Program-made: the position numbers and the translations under genes
In this document: piece after piece, positions 53,187 to 64,000 of the stretch
Layout: each line of letters opens with the position of its first letter
Numbering within the stretch: the first letter of the stretch is position 1
Assembly (NCBI GenBank): GCA_965217865.1
Contig: CBDCJO010000002.1
Coordinates: 3,712,001 to 3,776,000, forward strand
Length of the DNA: 64,000 nt
Source: Candidatus Latescibacterota bacterium
GTDB taxonomy: Bacteria > Latescibacterota > UBA2968 > SICM01
Reading direction: 5' to 3'
Notes under the pieces: generated by a model
What the model was told of the DNA's origin: nothing
Seen by the model: the letters and a program-made list of their open reading frames with translations, nothing else
Databases searched by the model: none

Positions 53187-54724
53187 CTACCTCCTCGTCA
53201 ATTTCACGCCATACCATACGATGCCGATCACGATGCCGATCACGCTGAAGACCAGTCCCGCGCTCAAAATCAGGTTCGTCCTGGCGCTCACGTGAATGCG
53301 CACCGTCTTGTCCTGGGTCTGAACGGGCCGGTTGTCCGCCAGGGCCTCGGTCTGGATCTGGATCTCATAGTCCCCACGTCCACCCCCGATGGCGGAAGGA
53401 ACTTCAGCTTTACGAGGGTCTCCTTATCCGGAATCAACGAAGATATCACATCCGGGTTGATCCTGGACTGCCAGTTGATCGGCATGTTTGTGCGGATCCG
53501 AATGTTGTCCAGACGCCGCGTGCCCCCATTGAGCACCCTGATGTCCATGTCCACGGTGTCATCCGTCTTGATCTCGTGGTAGAGGTTCACCGCCCGGACC
53601 TCGATGCGTCCCACACCCCGCGGCGTCATCTCCAGCTTGACTTTGCCTGTGTTGAGCTCGGCGATCTGTTCATCTGAAAACATTTTGTCGTCAAGGGGTT
53701 GAAGCTTCCGCCAGATCTCCTGGGGGACCACCAGTACGTAGAACGCCAGCGGCTTATCGATGGTCACGCGGTCGCTGGTACGGTCGGGCAGGAACACGTC
53801 CAGCTCCAGTTGCTTGCTGCTCACCCCTTGAGTGAAATTGACCTGGGAAAGCCTGCGGGATTGCGCGGAAGACGGGTCCATGAAGCTGTAGGAGATCTGC
53901 CGCGGCAGGTTGATCACACTCAGCTGAAATACGTCGTTGTCACTCGAAAATCGCTCCAGGTCCAGGGTGAAAGTGGCGCTTTCGCCCAGGTTGGCCTCCT
54001 GCGAGAAGTTCGGCGAGGTCACGATCACCCGGTCGGCCCCGGCGTCCTTCTGGAGATAGATGTGTCTCTGATCCGTCTTTCCCGCGTAGGTCATGCTGAC
54101 CGTGACGACCTCCACGTCCTTCAGCAGCAGGAAGTCGATCTCTGCCTTCTGGCCGAAGCGAATCGTCGCAATCTTGCCCTCATACGGCTGGCTGATAATC
54201 GGCCCCACCCCACCCGTCTCCGTGGCCTCGTGGAGGGAGATGAAGACATTGTTGATCTTGTCCGGTTGAAGGCTGGGGTCGAAAACGTCCGCGTCCGTCT
54301 CGACCAGCTTCGCATAGTCCGCCACCCCCCCTGTGGTGTTCTTCAAACTCAGACGCACCCGTTTTTTTCCGTCCTGGGCCTGGTACTTGACGGCCTTCTC
54401 GATCAGGATGTGGGGTTGGTCGAAGATGACCCGAAGCATCGCCTGCTGGTAGTTGATCTCATGGTTGATAAAGGACGCTTGTGTCTTTTCGAATTCCTCC
54501 CGGGAGATCAGCTCCCTTTTTACCAACTCGAGGGCAGACTGGTATTCCGACTTTGCCAAGTCATACGCGGCCTTCTGCTTCTTGAGCGCCAGGATCAGGA
54601 AAGTCTCGTCGTTCCGTTCCGAGTTTAAGCTCTGGGAATACCCCGGGATCCGGGAACACGGAATCGAAAACAATACCAAAACCAAAAATGTCGAGACTTT
54701 GATTTTCAACGGTTCGAATGTCAT
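53187..54724 (-). pseudogene. NEW3-domain membrane-anchored protein, frameshift near 53370
   Basis: Signal peptide, Ig-like domains; true C-terminus GDYEIQI..TM..KLTRR in a shifted frame. Confidence 0.7.
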
Positions 54725-55039
54725 GAAAGTATTTGAACTTGGATACCCCTTCCTTTGGAAGGGGAGGAAAAGTTTAGCTTGCTGAGGGTAAGCTAAAAGG
54801 CTGTTTTGTCCGTACCGTAGTCGAAAAGGTAACTTCTAAAGTGATCAGAGGATATATTCGGTTTCATCTTCAAGAGCAGAAAGGGCCCCTACAGTTGGAT
54901 CTGTTTGGGGAGGGGAGTGGTTAATGCCCCGCCCTTTGGGCGGGGTGATTTACTTACACGTTGAAATTTACGTACTTAAATTCATTCAACGGATAAGATT
55001 TAATGGTAGTTATATATCTTGATGTAGCAAGGCGTTGTG

Positions 55040-55235
55040 CCGGGCCAATTGACCCTACACGCTGACCGAGGCGCTTCGATGACCAGCAAAACCCGTGGCA
55101 CTCCTGCTGGCCGATCTGGGGCTGACCAAATCGCACTCACGACCGCACGTATCGAACGACAACCCATACTCCGAGGCGCAGTTCAAGACCTTGAAGTATC
55201 GCCCGGCCTTCCTGGAACGCTTTGGTGGGCTCGAA
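55040..55235 (+). mobile_element. IS3 integrase fragment
   Basis: LTLHADRGASM / SRPHVSNDNPYSEAQFKTLKY. Confidence 0.85.
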
Positions 55236-55453
55236 CACGCCAGTTCATTCGGGAATTATATACTTGACAAAGACTATCTTGATTTATCCCAAAGTGTTGA
55301 GTTTTTGCGAAAATCTCGCAGAATGCCCCGTCCCTTGGACTTTGATGTCCTGTTTCTATATTTGTCGGCATGAGACTGCCAACAGACTGTTTGAGTAGAC
55401 AGAGCCTTCATCACTACTGTCATGTCCCAGAAGTTCCTTACAAAAGAAGGTAA

Positions 55454-55740
55454 TTAGGAAGATATTGGTACCAGATTCACCAGATATGAAGCAATAATTG
55501 GGAAGAGATCCTCGTCTTCCTGGTTGAATCTGAACTCTGTTTCCTTCAGGTATAAATGGAAATGATGTCGAGGGATCCCTCTGTATTGATATAGCCAATT
55601 TTCAGAAAAACTCCAGAAGCCTTCGATGCCATTGATGTGATGTCGGCCTTTGCCTTTGGGCACCCCTTCTTCTTTTCGAACAACCACGTGGTCACCTTTG
55701 ACTGACACAGCCAAGTATAGGCGTGCCAGTCATCGGTATC
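55454..55740 (-). mobile_element. IS1595-family transposase C-terminal fragment
   Basis: TDDW..HINGIEGFWS..HFHLYLKETEFRFN. Confidence 0.85.
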
Positions 55741-55792
55741 TTTTAATTAGGTATCGCATGAATGGGCAACGAGTATTCTCGTTTCCCCCGAC

Positions 55793-56348
55793 TATGCCCG
55801 GGAGATTGCTAGCGTACAACGTGACGCAACCTTTCATTCCTGCCGATACTTGTCGCCCGCATGAGGGTTTCGATGGGTGTGTTGTCGGGGTTCAACATCT
55901 TGGTAGTCTTTGTGAAAGGCGGTGACGTGTCAGGGGATGTCGTATGAGATTGAGACCAGGAACCTAGGGTCACATCCTGAGGGGGGTAAATGGCACTCGG
56001 ATCGCGAGGGGCTTGAGAGGTAATGGACAGTAGGAGCAATGGAAGTACGCACCCCAGCATACCGAAACTGAGGGCGGATGACCGCAAGGGAGCAGGCTGT
56101 AGAAGCCGTCAGGTGGGGGAGGACGACCGGGTCATGAACCGTCGGATACCGCCCGCCATCGCGACGTGGCTGTTTGTTACTGCTTACGATAAATTTGATA
56201 GTTATATACTCGGTAGCATCCGGGCTGGGAAATTGAATCGTTGTGGGGACGGCTACAGCACTGCCAGGTGTAGCGCCAATTGAGGTAATCGCCATCCATT
56301 TTGCAGGACGCTTTTAGGACTTGCCCAGATCCGTGGGTCGGCGGAACA
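55793..56348 (+). ncRNA. Group II intron ribozyme domain I remnant
   Basis: No credible ORF; blocks such as ACAACGTGACG, GTGTCAGGGGATGTCGTATG, GAACCTAGGGTCACATCC, GGTAATCGCC recalled from group IIB introns; no RT or DV/DVI. Confidence 0.5.
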
Positions 56349-56735
56349 TGCCAACAATTTTGAGACACTGAAAGTTGGAATTCAGTGCAGTTTCCGGCCG
56401 TCTCCATAAGAGGTGTCATCGGCACCGTGGATCCCCGTGCAGGTATCGGGACCAAGTTCGATTTGGTATCACCTGGCGTAATAACGATTGGATCGTGCCG
56501 GTACTTATCCGAGATCCGGGGTGGATTGATCCAGACCTCGGAAGGCAGGTCGGTTGGCAGCGGGGGACCCTGCACAAAACGTTCGGGGTGGGCGATATAG
56601 GCACGCCACAGGGTCTGCTCACGGGCGGCAAGGATTTCCTTGGCGTAGCTATAGTGCACAGATTCCGGGGTCAGCAAGCCCAGGCCTGAGTGGCGATGCT
56701 CTGTGTTGTAGTAGGTGAAGAACTCATGGCAGAAT
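56342..56735 (-). mobile_element. IS3 right end plus OrfB C-terminus
   Basis: FFTYYNTEHRHSGLGLLTP..HPERFV..VWINPP; IR CGGAACATGCCAACAATTTTGAGACA. Confidence 0.8.
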
Positions 56736-56881
56736 TCTTGATGAACCAGATAACCCCGGAGGAACAGGCCGCAAACCATAAAGATTTTACAAGATCCTCT
56801 TCCTACTTCTTGAAATCCGCTCAATTAAAATTGCCAGGTATCAGAATGCTCACCCGATTGCCGTGTTAAGAATAAGTTCCC

Positions 56882-59800
56882 TTATCGTGGATCATATTTG
56901 AGGAAAGAGACATAAGCACCCACAAAAAAAACAACGGCTAAAACCGCCAACAGCATCAAATCTATGTTTACACGTCCCATTATATCGGAAAGACTCTCTT
57001 TTTGATATTTGAATATCGGCATATCACTGATATCCACTGTTTTCTGTTTTGTGGTTGGTCTGGAACGACCTTCCAAAATGGGGGAAAATACAACTCTTCC
57101 AAGAGTTTCTTCCTTTGATTTTAAATAAGATGTAAAAATATCTTTGTGTGCGCGGGCCAAATTAAGGAAGTGCTCCTGGCTTTCGATACCCGTACCAGCT
57201 ATGTTCATGGAGGCAAGGGTCATAATCGAGGTAGGAGAGATTCGTGATAGACCCAAGGCTAACTTGGCTAAACGCTCTTGTTTATTGTGATAATCCTTCT
57301 CCATTCTTGCACTTTCAACCTTCTTTTCAGCATCCATCCGAACTTTATACTCATCTAGCAAGGCTTGCTGCTTTGCCGTCCACTCGGAAAAGGTCTTTCT
57401 GTATTGGGCTATAATCTTTTCTCGCTTTCCACTTGGAGTACCTGGCTCTATTTTAGGGGATCGGGGTGCAGGGTTTTCCATATCAATTTGTTTTAGATAT
57501 GGAATAAAGTTTAGTTCAATATCTCTCTGAACCTGACTCGACTGCATGCGATACTGGTGAATTGAGGGCACCTGAATGAATTGGCTGGCAAGAATCACAC
57601 TTCCCTTTGGGATCACCAGTGTCCAAACAACCCATATTAACAATAGTACCAAAAATGAAATGTTCGACCGACTTGTGCTGGCGGAGACGAACATTCCGAG
57701 GTTAAAAAAAACCGCAAGGTATAGGACAAAAACACAAAAGATCAACAACAGTTGGATTATGTCTTGGCTGTCCGGTTGGAAATCAGGGGAGATCGTGAGC
57801 AACGCAAAACCTAGACAAACCGGGATACTCAAAGGTATCATCAAGCTAAGGAAACCACCGACCATCTTGCCCAGGATAAGAGTGTCTCGCGGCACTCGGT
57901 GAGACAGTATCAGCCCTATCAGCCTGTTGAAAAAGTGCATTTATGCCAAGATGACTGTTGTCTTTCCTTGTGGTTTGGTCCTATGATATATCAGGTTCAA
58001 ACTGAGAAGGGAGGACGAGCAAATGGCAATGGGAAAACGAGGACGACAGAGACAGGAAAACCTGTTCATCGCATCGAACACTTTGGTGAAATCTCCGGGT
58101 CATCCGTTCTACGAGAAGCTGAATCAGGTATTGGGGGCGAACGGCTTCGACGAGTTCGTCGAGGGGCTTTGCCAGCGGTATTACGCTCCTCATATGGGTC
58201 GCAAGGGCATTCCGCCCGGGGTTTATTTTCGGATGCTTTTGATTGGGTATTTCGAGGGACTTGATTCGGAACGTGGGATCGAATGGCGTGTATCTGACTC
58301 GCTGACGTTGCGCCGGTTTTTGGGGTATGCCCTTGACGAACAGACCCCGGATCATTCCAGCCTGTCTCGCATCCGGCATCGGCTTCCCTTGGAAGTTCAC
58401 GAAGCGGTTTTCAAGTGGATCCTGAGGGTCTTGTGCAAAGCGGGTCTGGTGAAGGGGAAGACGTTGGGCGTGGATGCTACGACACTGGAGGCCAACGCCG
58501 CGATGCGCAGCATTGTACGCCGTGACACGGGTGAAGGCTACCAGGCATTCCTTGAGAATCTGGCCAAGGCCTCGGGCATTGAAACGCCTACCCGCGAGGA
58601 CTTGTCCAAGATCGATAAGAAGCGACCGAAGAAGGGATCGAACCAGGACTGGGAGCACCCGCACGACCCGGATGCCAAGATCGCTAAGATGAAGGACGGT
58701 CGCACGCACATGGCGCACAAGGTGGAGCACGCGGTGGATCTGGACACCAATGCCATTGTGGCAGTGGCGTTGTCGGGAGCAGATGAAGGAGATACCGAGT
58801 CGTTGCCCTGGACGCTGCTCGAGGCGCAGCTCAATCTCAAGCAGGTCGCGAAGGACGAAAAAGCTGCCAAACGTTTGCACAGACAGCGTATACGGGAGGT
58901 GGTTGCGGACAAAGGATATCATAGCAACGATGTATTGACCAGTCTGAAGCAAGGCGGCATCCGGAGTTACATTTCAGAACCGGATCGGGGACGCCGCAAG
59001 TGGAACGGCCGACGAGATGAGCAGGCCGCGGTATATGCGAATCGACGCCGGATCAAGGGAGATCGCGGCAAGGCCTTGCGCCGAAGTCGTGCAGAACGGG
59101 TGGAAAGAACCATCGCTCACACATATGATACCGGTGGCATGCGCAGGTTGCACTTGAGAGACCGCGGCAATATCCTCAAGCGTTTGCTGATCCACATCGG
59201 GGGCTGCAACCTGCAGCTCTGCTCATGCGCAAAGTGATGGGCGTAGGTACTCCGAAGGCCCTCCAGGACCTGGCCAAGGCCTTGCAGCGTCTACTGCTCG
59301 TCCTACAATCACGTTTGCTGCCCTCGGTCACCTTTTTAACCTCTTATCAGCGTCTCCTGCTCAATCTCCTTACCTTGATTTATCTGACCCGCACTCCAGG
59401 CGTCTTTTCCGTTTATGTGCGTTGAAAGGTAGTTCTTCAACGGGCTGCTAGGGTGCCATCTTCCTTCTCACCGGAAATGAAGTTATAGGTAAACAGGATG
59501 GCCATCAGGCTAAAAACGACCTTAACAAGAAAAGCCATATCCAAGTCCCCGAAAATACCAAAGATCGGATTTCCTTCGATTTTTCCTCCTGTGGGCGTAG
59601 GATTTCTATAACTTTTTACCGATATATGACGCCCTAGACTGTTTTCTAAACCCGATACGATGATGCTGGGAACTCCCGGAGGCTTACTTAGTTGCACTCC
59701 TGTGTTTGAAATTGCCAAGTAACTGGTTTGCTCCTTTAAGATCTCTCGACTAAGTTCCTTGGTCGTCCTGTATTCGGCAACTTTATCGTTGTAGTTGCGC

Positions 59801-59913
59801 ATGCCTGTGTACAGGCTCAAGAGAATCAGGAAAAAGCAGAAGATTAAAGTTCCATAGAATTTGGGGCTGGAGAGATTGGCTAAAATCTCTTTGCTGAGAA
59901 TGTGTCCAAACAT
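56882..59913 (-). pseudogene. ABC-2 type permease interrupted by an IS
   Basis: Removing 57920-59447 plus one TSD restores GEKEDGTLGLILSHRVPR..LGK in frame. Confidence 0.85.
57920..59447 (+). mobile_element. IS1182/IS5-like (DUF772) element; transposase 58023-59425 with late frameshift
   Basis: IRs CAGCCTGTTGAA / TTCAACGGGCTG; flanks CTAT/CTAG; TPDHSSLSR, VDAT, ADKGY, VER. Confidence 0.85.
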
Positions 59914-60109
59914 GCCGTCCTTCAAAACTCCCCTGATTATGTGTTTGCGACTCAAAGACTTCGATAAAAATCTTTCTATTTAGATTTCCAGTGTACGATA
60001 CATTGTGGCGCTACATCCATCTTTCCTCTGTACCAAACGAAAATATAAGCAAGGTTCGTTTGATTTGACAATTTTCAATTATAACCCAGAAAAAGATAAC
60101 ACGAGTTCA

Positions 60110-60350
60110 ATAAGGAAGTGCAACACTTGGGATAGTTTTTGTTCTATCCTAAGTGTATGGGAAACAATTATAAACACCTTACGGCTGACGAGAGGGACCA
60201 TATTTGTGCGCTTCGAGCATCAGGTAAGTCTCTAGGCGATATTGCCAAGAGCCTCTGCCGGAACAAGAGCACCATTTCCAGAGAGCTCAAGCGCAACCGG
60301 TCCTCGGTTTACAACTACTACTGTTCAAACCAGGCTCAGCAACGGGCCGG
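60110..60350 (+). mobile_element. IS30-family left end plus HTH fragment
   Basis: YKHLTADER..IAKSLCRNKSTISRELKRN. Confidence 0.85.
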
Positions 60351-60504
60351 GCTGCAAGCCATCGTTTGACTTTAGAGTGCTTGTGCGTGCCAAGTTGTCC
60401 AGGATCAGGTGAATTATCGAGTGGAACCATAAGACAAATCCATTACTTTATCATGTTATTTATGGGACAAACACTTGTTGCCAGTTCCATAATTACTCAT
60501 AACG

Positions 60505-60531
60505 CATCACTGCTGTCCAAGATAAATCAGA
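60505..60531. repeat. Isolated MITE terminus
   Basis: CATCACTGCTGTCCAAGATAAATCAGA, the reverse complement of 21895-21921. Confidence 0.8.
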
Positions 60532-60534
60532 TTC

Positions 60535-60887
60535 GCGTAAGCGACGGGTGCGAAATCCTTACTCGCCTCGTACATACGATAACGGATGCCATCGGTAACG
60601 ACCACGTCACACGACACGCCGAGGGCGAACGGTGTACCGATAAATGCCTTCAGCCCAAGCTCTTTGGCGTCCGCCGCGAGTGTTTCCATGCCTTCCTGAA
60701 CTTTAGAATACCAACCCTCTTGTTGGAACAAACCATGTAGGTGGAAATCATACCCGACAACAGCCATCTCTGGGAATACTGCAAGGTCGGCCTGACTCTG
60801 CGCGGCAAGGGACAAGCAGCGCGAGATGGTAGAGACGTTGGATGAAACGTCAGCAGCCATTGGGATTTGGAAGGTGCAGATACGCAC
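60535..60887 (-). pseudogene. Carbon-nitrogen hydrolase (nitrilase-family) cassette gene, truncated
   Basis: GGAG RBS + GTG; ADLAVFPEMAVVGY; begins after GTTAGGT. Confidence 0.7.
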
Positions 60888-60944
60888 TCGAGAATCTCCA
60901 GCCTTTTTCAACGTGGCACCTAACGTTCGCCGGCTGCGAACCTG

Positions 60945-61691
60945 AGCGCCATGTGCCGGGCCGGACAGAGGTTTACCAAGCTTCATGAGTAGAAGCATCG
61001 GCCACCCCAGATCGAAATCGTCTCGGGACTCATTCCAATACTCCTTCGCTCTCGGAGACTTCTCCAGCAGGCATTCGTCAGCGAGATGCTCCTCGATGAG
61101 GTCTATCTGGAGATTGGCCTTCAGGGCAGCATTGACATAGTCCGCAATCAGGTGGCGATAGCTCTCGACGTTAACCTTCAGACCCGTCTTTGTATCCGTA
61201 AAGCGGGCCTGAACGCGGCGGAGGAACATCGCAGGATGAAGCTCGGAAATGAGCACGAAGCCACCCGGCCGACAGATCCTCGCCATCTCGCGAATCACTG
61301 GGTCGAGATCAGGGATGTGTTCTAAGACAAGACAGCAGAGAACGCGATCGAAGGCATCGCTATCGAAAGGGAAGCGTTCCGTCAGGTCGTGGGTAACGAA
61401 TCGCACTTCCTGGTCTTTCGTCTTCTCGATGGCTTGTGCCATCATCTCTGGTGCGAAGTCGATTGCGGTTACCCGAGCTCCCGCTTCTGACAGTTGGACC
61501 GTATGTCGCCCGGTGCCGCAGCCAATGTCGGCAACCTTGAGTCCCTGGACCTCTCCTTGAAGGGATCGCACGAGGGGCTCTTCTAGGATGATCAGCGGAT
61601 TGTCCTGCACATCGTATGTCTCAGACCAGCGAGCGTAGCCCTGCTGGACGGGTGCAACTTCAAGATTAGCCCTGGATTCGTCTTCGATCAC
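60945..61691 (-). CDS. Class I SAM methyltransferase (BioC-like) cassette gene; stop lost, reads through
   Basis: GYARWSETYD, ADIGCGTGRH, LVLEHI, ISELHP. Confidence 0.8.
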
Positions 61692-61744
61692 GTTGTTTGC
61701 TCCCGCGATACAGGTTAATGCCTACCCCCCAGGCCCGGCATGGC

Positions 61745-61907
61745 GCTTAACGAGTTTGGCATTGCCGACTCTTGCCTTCCCGGCGCAGCCGGAGTTGGCG
61801 CGGCAGTTGCCTCCAGTCCCGCCTTCGAGCAACTGCCGTGACAAAGGCAAGTGTGCCGAAGGCCGAGCGACGACTGAAGGGAGGAGCGAAGTGGCAATGC
61901 GTTGATA
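61745..61907 (-). other. Long attC-like integron recombination site
   Basis: Nested palindromes GCATTGCC/GGCAATGC, CTTGCCTT/AAGGCAAG, CGGCAGTTGC/GCAACTGCCG bounded by AAC and GTTAAGC. Confidence 0.6.
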
Positions 61908-62124
61908 TTAATCTATAGGCCCTCGTTGTCGGGAAAAGTTATTATTTGAGGTCCGGACAGAGATATTGTCAAATGTTGTGGATGAGGGCGAGCGTATCCG
62001 AATGGATCAGGCAGCCCTTTTCAGGTCACCATCTTCGAACAGGGCGCCATCAACGACCAGCTGTATCAGGTTTGAGCCTCGTAATCTGAGCCACGATTTC
62101 TCAGCTCCTAAGGAGAAAAACGAA

Positions 62125-62482
62125 ATGAACACCACGCTTTCATTACAGGAGCTTCAAGATGCGGTTGTCGGAAACGTAGCGGCGTTTCGTTGCCGGGGTC
62201 GGCTTGCAGCCGGGAGGTGGCGCTGGTGACAAGGTTTTCCCACCCACGTTTGCCGGGGCCGTATATGCGACCGAACAGCGACGGGTGCCTGGACAGGACG
62301 AAGCCGTCACCTGCGTACTGCTCGACAGCGTGCAGAGTCAAGCCAACCGGATGGAGTTGGCGCTCCAGGAAGCGGTTGATGCCGGTCGCATCAAGCTCCC
62401 GCTTCTGGAAGTCGATTTCACTGAACACGCCCCGACCGACGATGGCGAAGCCGACAAACAAGCCGGGCGACTGATTGACGCC
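62125..62482 (+). pseudogene. csb1: Type I-G Cas7 (Csb1) N-terminal fragment, frameshifted
   Basis: GDKVFPPTF..CVLLDSVQSQANRMELAL. Confidence 0.85.
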
Positions 62483-62523
62483 ATCGGCAGCAGACTGTCA
62501 GATGAAGTCTTGAGCCTTACACC

Positions 62524-63144
62524 CTATTCGACTTCGCCTTCGGGAACTCGCTCGAACTCCCAAACATGGGCTTGGCCATCGGTCTCGGCCTTCATCAACA
62601 CCCAAAGCTGTTTTTCGTCGTCGATCAACTGGATGGTGTGGTGGTTTAGCAAACGTTTGATCTTCTCCATCCATACTGGCACCGAATTCAGAAACGCATT
62701 GGGCTCTTGTTTCGTTGAGAAAGGGTTTGCTGCGTGGAGTATTCCGCTACAGGTGTCGTAAAGAACCTCAAAGTCGTCCTTTGTCAAAAAGCCTGACTTG
62801 ATGTCCTCCAGCAAAACGACCTTGCCGGTCTCGCCATCAACTACTTGTTTATTCGGTTTTGGATAGAACCTTAGATTTGCCTTTTCGAGGGTTTCGAGTA
62901 TGCGCTTCGCGTTCCAGTCTTTTTGAAAGTTCTTTCGGAGTTTCGCATATTCCGATCTGTTCGCCGCCAAGGATGCCAAGGCTATAAGTTCCAGAATCTT
63001 CCTAATCTGAAGGGATACTGATTCGGCTGTTGTTTGGACATACATCGCATGGCGTTTGCCGGTGAAAAAGCCGTTGACCACCTCAGTTCTCTTCTTGATC
63101 TCCTCCATGCAATCAGCGTACTTCGAGTATGGGTTTGCAACCAT
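62524..63144 (-). CDS. Hypothetical protein (HEPN-like)
   Basis: LQIRKILELIA.ASL.AN..Y..C..LHAANP. Confidence 0.65.
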   Translation of the reverse strand: MVANPYSKYADCMEEIKKRTEVVNGFFTGKRHAMYVQTTAESVSLQIRKILELIALASLAANRSEYAKLRKNFQKDWNAKRILETLEKANLRFYPKPNKQVVDGETGKVVLLEDIKSGFLTKDDFEVLYDTCSGILHAANPFSTKQEPNAFLNSVPVWMEKIKRLLNHHTIQLIDDEKQLWVLMKAETDGQAHVWEFERVPEGEVE

Positions 63145-63163
63145 TGCGTGGTCGGTGTCGGAC

Positions 63164-63590
63164 TGATATTGCCCAGGTATAGTAGACACAGAGTTAAGTG
63201 AATTTCTGTTCGAAGTCATCTGGGCTCATCTGGTTAATATAGGAGTGCCTGCGTATCTTGTTGTAAAATCCTTCGATGTATTCGAACAACGCCAACGCGG
63301 CTTGCTCTCGATCTGGATAGATCATTCCGTCGACTTCCTCTGTCTTGAGCCTTGCAAAGAAGGATTCAACAACGGCATTGTCATAACAATTTCCCTTTCT
63401 TGCCATGCTGGATCGGAAGCCGTTTTTGTCCAGCTCGGCTCTCAGGGCTTCACTGGTGAACTGGTTTCCCCTATCTGAGTGGAAGATGAGCCCGGTTGCG
63501 GCTTGCGTCGCCGACAGGCCATCCGAAATGCCCGTAAGACCAGATCCGCCGTCATAAGACAGCCTGTGGACCAGCCTACGACTTTGCGAG
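63164..63590 (-). mobile_element. IS3 right end plus OrfB C-terminal fragment
   Basis: RKVVGWS..HSDRG..GNCYDNAVVESFF..FYN..RRHS; IR starts TG at 63164. Confidence 0.85.
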
Positions 63591-63680
63591 CAAGGTTGCG
63601 CCGGCTACGATTCCGGGCTCCGGGCGCACGGCCGCTTCCGCTGTCCGGTGGGCTACCGTAAGCCGGTGACCGGACCGACC

Positions 63681-64000
63681 GGGTCCGACTTCCAGTGAAT
63701 ACTTGCCGGAGGACCTTCCGAAACGTTGAAACCGGCCGCCCGGACGCAACCGGGCTGTTAAACAAGGCCGACGGGAAAAACAGAGAATCAGAGAATCCGG
63801 AAGAGATATCTCTGCTCAACGGACGCAGTCCCCACGGTTGTGCTCGAACACCAGCGGGAGCGCTTCGAAACAGAGAACCGGCAGAGGGGGAGGGAGGTGG
63901 CACAAGCGTTTGTGAATACGGCAGAAACGGCAAGATCCCGAAGGAGTTGCCCCACGGGGTCTTGCGTTAACGGACGACCGCCGAAGTTGGCGGATTGGAA
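63681..64000 (+). repeat. Att-like repeat copy E (runs off window)
   Basis: Aligns with 6525-6843. Confidence 0.9.

Noticed and set aside
54927-54945. CCCCGCCC-TTT-GGGCGGGG hairpin as an IS200/IS605/IS607 right end
   Set aside because: Plausible, but no adjacent tnpA/tnpB to support it.
57981-58952. Long antisense ORFs over transposases and GC-rich genes (also 19863-20567, 52353-53162, 53699-54628)
   Set aside because: Shadow ORFs of well-supported genes on the opposite strand.
1-64000. Complete CRISPR array, integron integrase, reverse transcriptase or rRNA
   Set aside because: No regularly spaced repeats or diagnostic motifs seen by eye.

Overview
This is a 64-kb bacterial accessory region that reads as a mosaic of roughly 70 short pieces (about 50 bp to a few kb). 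Only a few blocks are intact: a heparinase II/III gene, a TonB receptor plus lipoprotein, a sensor kinase/binding protein/anti-sigma/PP2C module, an ABC binding protein, one toxin-antitoxin pair, an ABC ATPase, and whole or near-whole IS3, IS1380, IS110 and IS1182-like elements. The rest is truncated or frameshifted defence genes (cas3, cas1, cas2, csb1/cas7, Avs3, type I and ISP restriction-modification, DUF3883, NACHT tail) and fragments of about ten IS families. Structures not explained by the ORF track: (i) five copies of a ~0.3-0.6 kb non-coding repeat with a tRNA-3'-end-like core (GGGGAGCCA), terminator hairpins and an optional 175-bp unit between direct repeats, next to a DUF2924/serine-recombinase module, probably att sites of a repeatedly integrating island family; (ii) integron cassette/attC remnants, including an intact IS110 transposase abutting an attC R' box with a ~450-nt 3' non-coding region (bridge/seekRNA candidate); (iii) a 281-bp MITE with its empty-site paralogue in the window; (iv) a group II intron domain-I remnant and a possible single CRISPR spacer remnant. 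Family calls come from motif recognition only; no database searches were run, and fragment boundaries are approximate unless a TSD or IR is quoted.
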